The translations under genes were made by a program, and so were the position numbers. Below the pieces are notes generated by a model. It saw only the letters and a list, made by a program, of their open reading frames with translations, searched no databases and was not told where the DNA came from. Positions 16,068 through 20,000 of a stretch of DNA of 20,000 nt are shown piece by piece (within the stretch, counting starts at the first letter, position 1; every line of letters begins with the position of its first letter). Source of the DNA: an uncultured virus (IMG/VR IMGVR_UViG_3300042290_000472) (taxonomy: Duplodnaviria > Heunggongvirae > Uroviricota > Caudoviricetes); the IMG/VR virus record IMGVR_UViG_3300042290_000472; one strand, given 5' to 3'.

Positions 16068-18094
16068 TGGCAAAACCATACGACACGATCATCGCAATCG
16101 ACTTCGAGACGCGCTGGGACAAAGAAAGTTTCACGCTCTCCAAAATGACAACAGAGGAATATATTCGTGACCCACGTTTTAAAGCATTCGGCGCTTGCGC
16201 CAAAGAGTTCGGAGCAACAGGCAAAGCGCCTTGGATCAGGCACGACGACTTGCAAGACTACTTCAACAGCATCGACTGGAGCCGCACAGCCGTGCTCGCA
16301 CACAACGCGCAGTTCGATGTCTCGATCATGGAGTGGGTCTACGGCGCACGCCCGTGTTTTATCTTTGACAGCCTCTCTATGGCTCGGGCCTTGCGCGGGG
16401 TCGAAGTAGGCAACTCGTTGCAGAAGCTGGCCAGTGACTTCGGCCTGCCCGACAAAGGCAAAGCGGTGCACAGCACCAACGGCATGGAAGAGCTGGACCC
16501 GAAGACTGAGCAGGAGCTGGCCGCGTACTGTGCGCATGATGTGTATTTGTGCGAGCAGGTGTTCAGCAAGCTGATGATGCGCCTTGACCCTGCGACGGGG
16601 ATGTCCAACGGGCTGTACCCCACCAAGGAGCTGCGCCTGATCGACATGACGCTCAAGATGTACACGCGCCCGGTGCTGGAGCTGGACCAGAGCATGCTCA
16701 CTGACGCGTTGTACGATGAAAAGGAAAAACGTGAAGCACTCCTACAAAAGATCGGTGTTGACGAATCTTCACTTGCGTCAAACAAACAGTTCGCTGAAGT
16801 CCTGCGCGGACTCGGCATGCCCCCGCCCTACAAGAAGAGCAAGACGACTGGCAAACAGACGCTTGCTCTTGCAAAGAATGACGCGCTTTTTCAAGCGATG
16901 CTCAACGGGGACAACGAAGACGTTGCCGCTTTGTGTGAGGCTCGCCTCAAAGTTAAATCGACCACTGAGCGTACGCGGGCGCAGCGGTTTCTGGACATCT
17001 CGAAGCGCGGAAGACTACCTGTTCCGCTCTCGTACTACGGTGCCAAGTCCGGGCGCTGGACGGCCAGCAAAGGCAGCGCCATCAACATGCAGAACCTCAA
17101 GCGAGGATCGTTCTTGCGCAAAGCTATTATGGCTCCCGAAGCGCACCAACTGGTCGTCGGTGATCTGTCACAGATTGAACCGCGAGTTCTTGCGTGGCTG
17201 GCTGATTACGAGGACATGCTACTCATCTTCCGGCAGGGCGGTGATCCTTACGCGGCGTTCGGCGCTCAGATGTTCAACATACCGGGCCTTACAAAAGAGT
17301 CACACCCTGATCTCCGCCAGTCGGCAAAGTCCGCGCTTCTGGGCTGTGGTTACGGACTGGGCTGGGCTTCATTTGCCGCCCAGCTACTCGTGGGTTTCCT
17401 CGGTGCGCCGCCTCAACGCTACAACAAAGACTTTGCAAAGAAGCTCGGCGTTACCACGACGTACATACAGAAGTTTCTTGAGTGGGACGACAACGTCAAG
17501 AAGATGATGGAGATTCCGCGCACCTGCACAGACGACGAACTGCTGGTGCACTGCATAGCGGCCAAGATGATCATCGACAAGTACCGCGCCACGGCGTGGC
17601 CTGTGGTGGCGTTCTGGGATATGTGCGGGTCGTTGATCGAGCGCTCACTTTACGGCGGCAACGAGTTCACGTATAAATGCGTCATCTTCCGCAAAGAAGA
17701 AATCGTTTTGCCCAACGGCATGAGCCTGCTGTACCCCAACCTGAGACAAGTCAGGGAGAAGGTCAAGGACGAGGACGGCAACGAGAAGGAAGGCGGCTTG
17801 CAGTGGGTGTACGGCGATGACGCAACGAAGCTGTATGCTGGTAAGATAACGAACAACATTGTGCAGGGCGTAGCCCGCATTGTGATGACTGATGGCATGC
17901 TGCGCGTCGACAAGAAGTACCCTGTGAAGGGCACCGTGCACGACGAGCTGATTGCTGTGGTGCCGGACGATGAAGTTGATTTCGCTAAGACTTGGGTCTT
18001 GGCGCAAATGACTATGGAGCCAAAGTATTTGCCGGGGATTCCTCTGGCCGCTGACGGTGGCGCACACCGTCGATATGGGTTGGCCAAAAACTGA
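16067..18094 (+). CDS. Phage DNA polymerase, family A (3'-5' exonuclease plus polymerase)
   Basis: ExoI DFET, ExoII AHNAQFD, ExoIII YCAHD; motif A GDLSQIEPR, motif B RQSAKSALLGCGYG, motif C TVHDE. Confidence 0.96.
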   Translation: MAKPYDTIIAIDFETRWDKESFTLSKMTTEEYIRDPRFKAFGACAKEFGATGKAPWIRHDDLQDYFNSIDWSRTAVLAHNAQFDVSIMEWVYGARPCFIFDSLSMARALRGVEVGNSLQKLASDFGLPDKGKAVHSTNGMEELDPKTEQELAAYCAHDVYLCEQVFSKLMMRLDPATGMSNGLYPTKELRLIDMTLKMYTRPVLELDQSMLTDALYDEKEKREALLQKIGVDESSLASNKQFAEVLRGLGMPPPYKKSKTTGKQTLALAKNDALFQAMLNGDNEDVAALCEARLKVKSTTERTRAQRFLDISKRGRLPVPLSYYGAKSGRWTASKGSAINMQNLKRGSFLRKAIMAPEAHQLVVGDLSQIEPRVLAWLADYEDMLLIFRQGGDPYAAFGAQMFNIPGLTKESHPDLRQSAKSALLGCGYGLGWASFAAQLLVGFLGAPPQRYNKDFAKKLGVTTTYIQKFLEWDDNVKKMMEIPRTCTDDELLVHCIAAKMIIDKYRATAWPVVAFWDMCGSLIERSLYGGNEFTYKCVIFRKEEIVLPNGMSLLYPNLRQVREKVKDEDGNEKEGGLQWVYGDDATKLYAGKITNNIVQGVARIVMTDGMLRVDKKYPVKGTVHDELIAVVPDDEVDFAKTWVLAQMTMEPKYLPGIPLAADGGAHRRYGLAKN

Positions 18095-18109
18095 CCAAGG
18101 AGAGCAACT

Positions 18110-18412
18110 ATGCAACTACCAAAATCAATCCGCGTTGGAGAAACGCGTTACCCAGTGGTGCAGCCGTACATGCTGATACCCCCCGACCGCGCAGGCAGCG
18201 TGACATACGGACAAACCATCCGTGTTGCGTTCAAGATACGCACGGGGGGCCGCAGCACCGCACGTTCCGAGCGCCAGCGCAGCGAGACTTTCTGGCACGA
18301 GGTGACGCACGCCATCTTGCACGACATGGGCAGCAAGCTCGAATCTAACGAACAGTTTGTCACTGCGTTTTCCAAGAGGCTCAACGATGCGATACGTTCC
18401 GCAAAGTTCTGA
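18110..18412 (+). CDS. Small HExxH putative zinc metallopeptidase
   Basis: SETFWHEVTHAILHD followed by a downstream NEQFV; AGGAG RBS. Confidence 0.75.
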   Translation: MQLPKSIRVGETRYPVVQPYMLIPPDRAGSVTYGQTIRVAFKIRTGGRSTARSERQRSETFWHEVTHAILHDMGSKLESNEQFVTAFSKRLNDAIRSAKF

Positions 18413-18650
18413 GGAGCAGACCAAGGTCGACGTCATGGAGCTGTTGGGCTGGACAGTCACACACCCGGCCTTTGACTCTGAGCACACAAAGCGGGGCTGG
18501 TTGTACGCAAACCCGCCAGCCACAGTCCGAGACCGCTACCCAATTCCTGTGATAGCGGACAGCTTTGAAGACGCGTTCAACTATTTTTTACGGAACAAAG
18601 ACAGATATGAAAAAACCAGCTTGGTCACACTCGTCCCTCAAAGACTTTGA
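18387..18650 (+). CDS. Hypothetical protein (start uncertain, 18387 or 18435)
   Basis: Fills the gap between the HExxH gene and the nuclease gene. Confidence 0.45.
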   Translation: MRYVPQSSEEQTKVDVMELLGWTVTHPAFDSEHTKRGWLYANPPATVRDRYPIPVIADSFEDAFNYFLRNKDRYEKTSLVTLVPQRL

Positions 18651-19272
18651 GGGCTGCGCACGGCGCTACCACGAGGTCAAGGTCTTGAAGAAATACCCTT
18701 TCCAAGAGACCGAGGCCACGCGCTACGGCAACCAAGTGCACGAGTCGCTTGAGCTGTATGTCCGGGACGGCAAGCCGATCCCACCTGAGCACGAGCAGTT
18801 CAAGGACGTGGCCGATGCGCTTATCAAGAAGCCCGGGCGCAAGCTGGCTGAGTTCGAGATGGCGCTGACCGTGGACTTGAAGCCCACTGAGTGGAAGTCC
18901 AAAGACGTGTGGGTGCGCGGCATTGCTGACATCCTGATCGTTGACGACGACAACCTGACGGCGTGGGTGGGCGACTACAAGACGGGCAACAACAAGTACC
19001 CTGACCGTGACCAGCTCGTGCTCATGTCCTGCATGGTGTTCGAGTACTTCCCGCACATCCGCAAAGTCAACTCGGCCTTGCTCTTCATCGTGAAAAACAG
19101 TATGGTCAAGTTGCAGATGACGCGTGATCAGAAGGCTGCGGCGTGGTGGCGCTACCGTGAGCGCACGGCGCGGCTCGAAGCGTCTTTTGCCAACGACGTG
19201 TGGAACCCAAACCAAACCCCGTTATGCGGCTGGTGCCAAGTCACTGGCTGCGAATTCAACCCCAAACACTAA
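18607..19272 (+). CDS. PD-(D/E)xK exonuclease, Cas4/RecB-like
   Basis: WSHSSLKDFEGCARR, YGNQVHESLE, RGIAD, DYKTG, QL, and C-terminal LCGWCQVTGC (1+3 Cys arrangement). Confidence 0.88.
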   Translation: MKKPAWSHSSLKDFEGCARRYHEVKVLKKYPFQETEATRYGNQVHESLELYVRDGKPIPPEHEQFKDVADALIKKPGRKLAEFEMALTVDLKPTEWKSKDVWVRGIADILIVDDDNLTAWVGDYKTGNNKYPDRDQLVLMSCMVFEYFPHIRKVNSALLFIVKNSMVKLQMTRDQKAAAWWRYRERTARLEASFANDVWNPNQTPLCGWCQVTGCEFNPKH

Positions 19273-19282
19273 GGAGCCTGAA

Positions 19283-19543
19283 ATGCCCTACAAGAACCCC
19301 AAAGACCGCGACACATACCCACCATACGCGCAGACCACGAAAGCCAAGAAGTCGCGTGCTGAAAGCAACAAGGCCCGGCGCATGCTCATGAAAGAAGGCG
19401 TTGTGGAAAAGGGTGACGGCAAAGACGTGCACCACAAGAAGCCCCTGTCCAAAGGCGGCACCACGACGCGCAAGAACCTCAAGGCAATACCCAAGAGCCA
19501 GAACCGGACGTTTGATCGCAATAGCGACCACTCGATCAAGTGA
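19283..19543 (+). CDS. Small HNH endonuclease-like protein
   Basis: GDGKDVHHKKPLSKGG...NL...QNR; AAGGAG RBS. Confidence 0.8.
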   Translation: MPYKNPKDRDTYPPYAQTTKAKKSRAESNKARRMLMKEGVVEKGDGKDVHHKKPLSKGGTTTRKNLKAIPKSQNRTFDRNSDHSIK

Positions 19544-19926
19544 TGCCCAGTAAAGTGATGCCCAGTATCTACACTTCGCCCAGTTTGGGTTCTGCCGGAC
19601 AAGTTCTTACAAGCGGCGCTACGAACACTGCCTTCGGCTTCTCCAGCCCTTCTAACGCAACAGGAACTTTCCGTGCGCCTGACGGCGTCATTTCAAACGA
19701 CGTGGAGGTAAGTATGGAAGACCTTGAAAGCCTGCCGTTCAGCACACCGATAGAGACGCTACTCAATCTCTGGGTAGCACGTTATGGAAACGAATGGGTA
19801 GACGTCAAAGACGTGCTTGCCGAGGAGTTCTACGGACTCACCTACAAGCGGCTCAAAGCTATGGGCAAACTTGAAACACATTACCTGACGAACCGGGCGC
19901 GGTTCGTTTGTAGAAAACCAGCATAG
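19540..19926 (+). CDS. Hypothetical protein
   Basis: GTGA overlap with the HNH stop; start uncertain. Confidence 0.6.
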   Translation: MMPSKVMPSIYTSPSLGSAGQVLTSGATNTAFGFSSPSNATGTFRAPDGVISNDVEVSMEDLESLPFSTPIETLLNLWVARYGNEWVDVKDVLAEEFYGLTYKRLKAMGKLETHYLTNRARFVCRKPA

Positions 19927-19935
19927 GAGTGCAAC

Positions 19936-20000
19936 ATGAGTTTGATGAACAGTGTATTTGGCGGGGCCTACCCCGGATCGCAGGCGGACTACGAGGAGCA
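19936..20000 (+). CDS. Start of a hypothetical gene (partial)
   Basis: AGGAGTGCAAC-ATG start context; frame open to the window edge. Confidence 0.55.
   Translation, partial: MSLMNSVFGGAYPGSQADYEE

Noticed and set aside
18607..19272. Cas4-like gene as evidence of a CRISPR-Cas system
   Set aside because: No cas1, cas2 or array; solo Cas4/RecB-like nucleases are common in phage replication modules.
3455..19766. Numerous minus-strand ORFs across the early and replication region
   Set aside because: They lie antisense to RBS-supported, tightly coupled plus-strand genes and have no recognisable motifs, as expected in GC-rich DNA.

Overview
The whole window is dsDNA tailed-phage (or prophage) sequence; no host genes or integrase are recognisable. 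A minus-strand packaging operon (putative small terminase 729-1337, large terminase running off the left edge) diverges from a roughly 18 kb plus-strand early/middle region. That region holds many small hypothetical genes, a MoxR-like AAA ATPase, an HExxH+vWA protein and a DUF3150-like gene, followed by a replication module (DUF3310, VRR-NUC, family A DNA polymerase with Leu at the 762 position, Cas4/RecB-like nuclease, HNH). The most striking unexplained structure is non-coding. There are five identical copies of a 23-bp palindrome (CTGGGGAGAAC-G-GTTCTCCCCAG) at gene boundaries, three copies of GTGAGAC-N5-GTCTCAC, further repeated motifs, an origin-like AT-rich region, and a candidate pseudoknotted ncRNA upstream of the replication operon. 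All protein family calls come from recognising motifs by eye, not from database searches.
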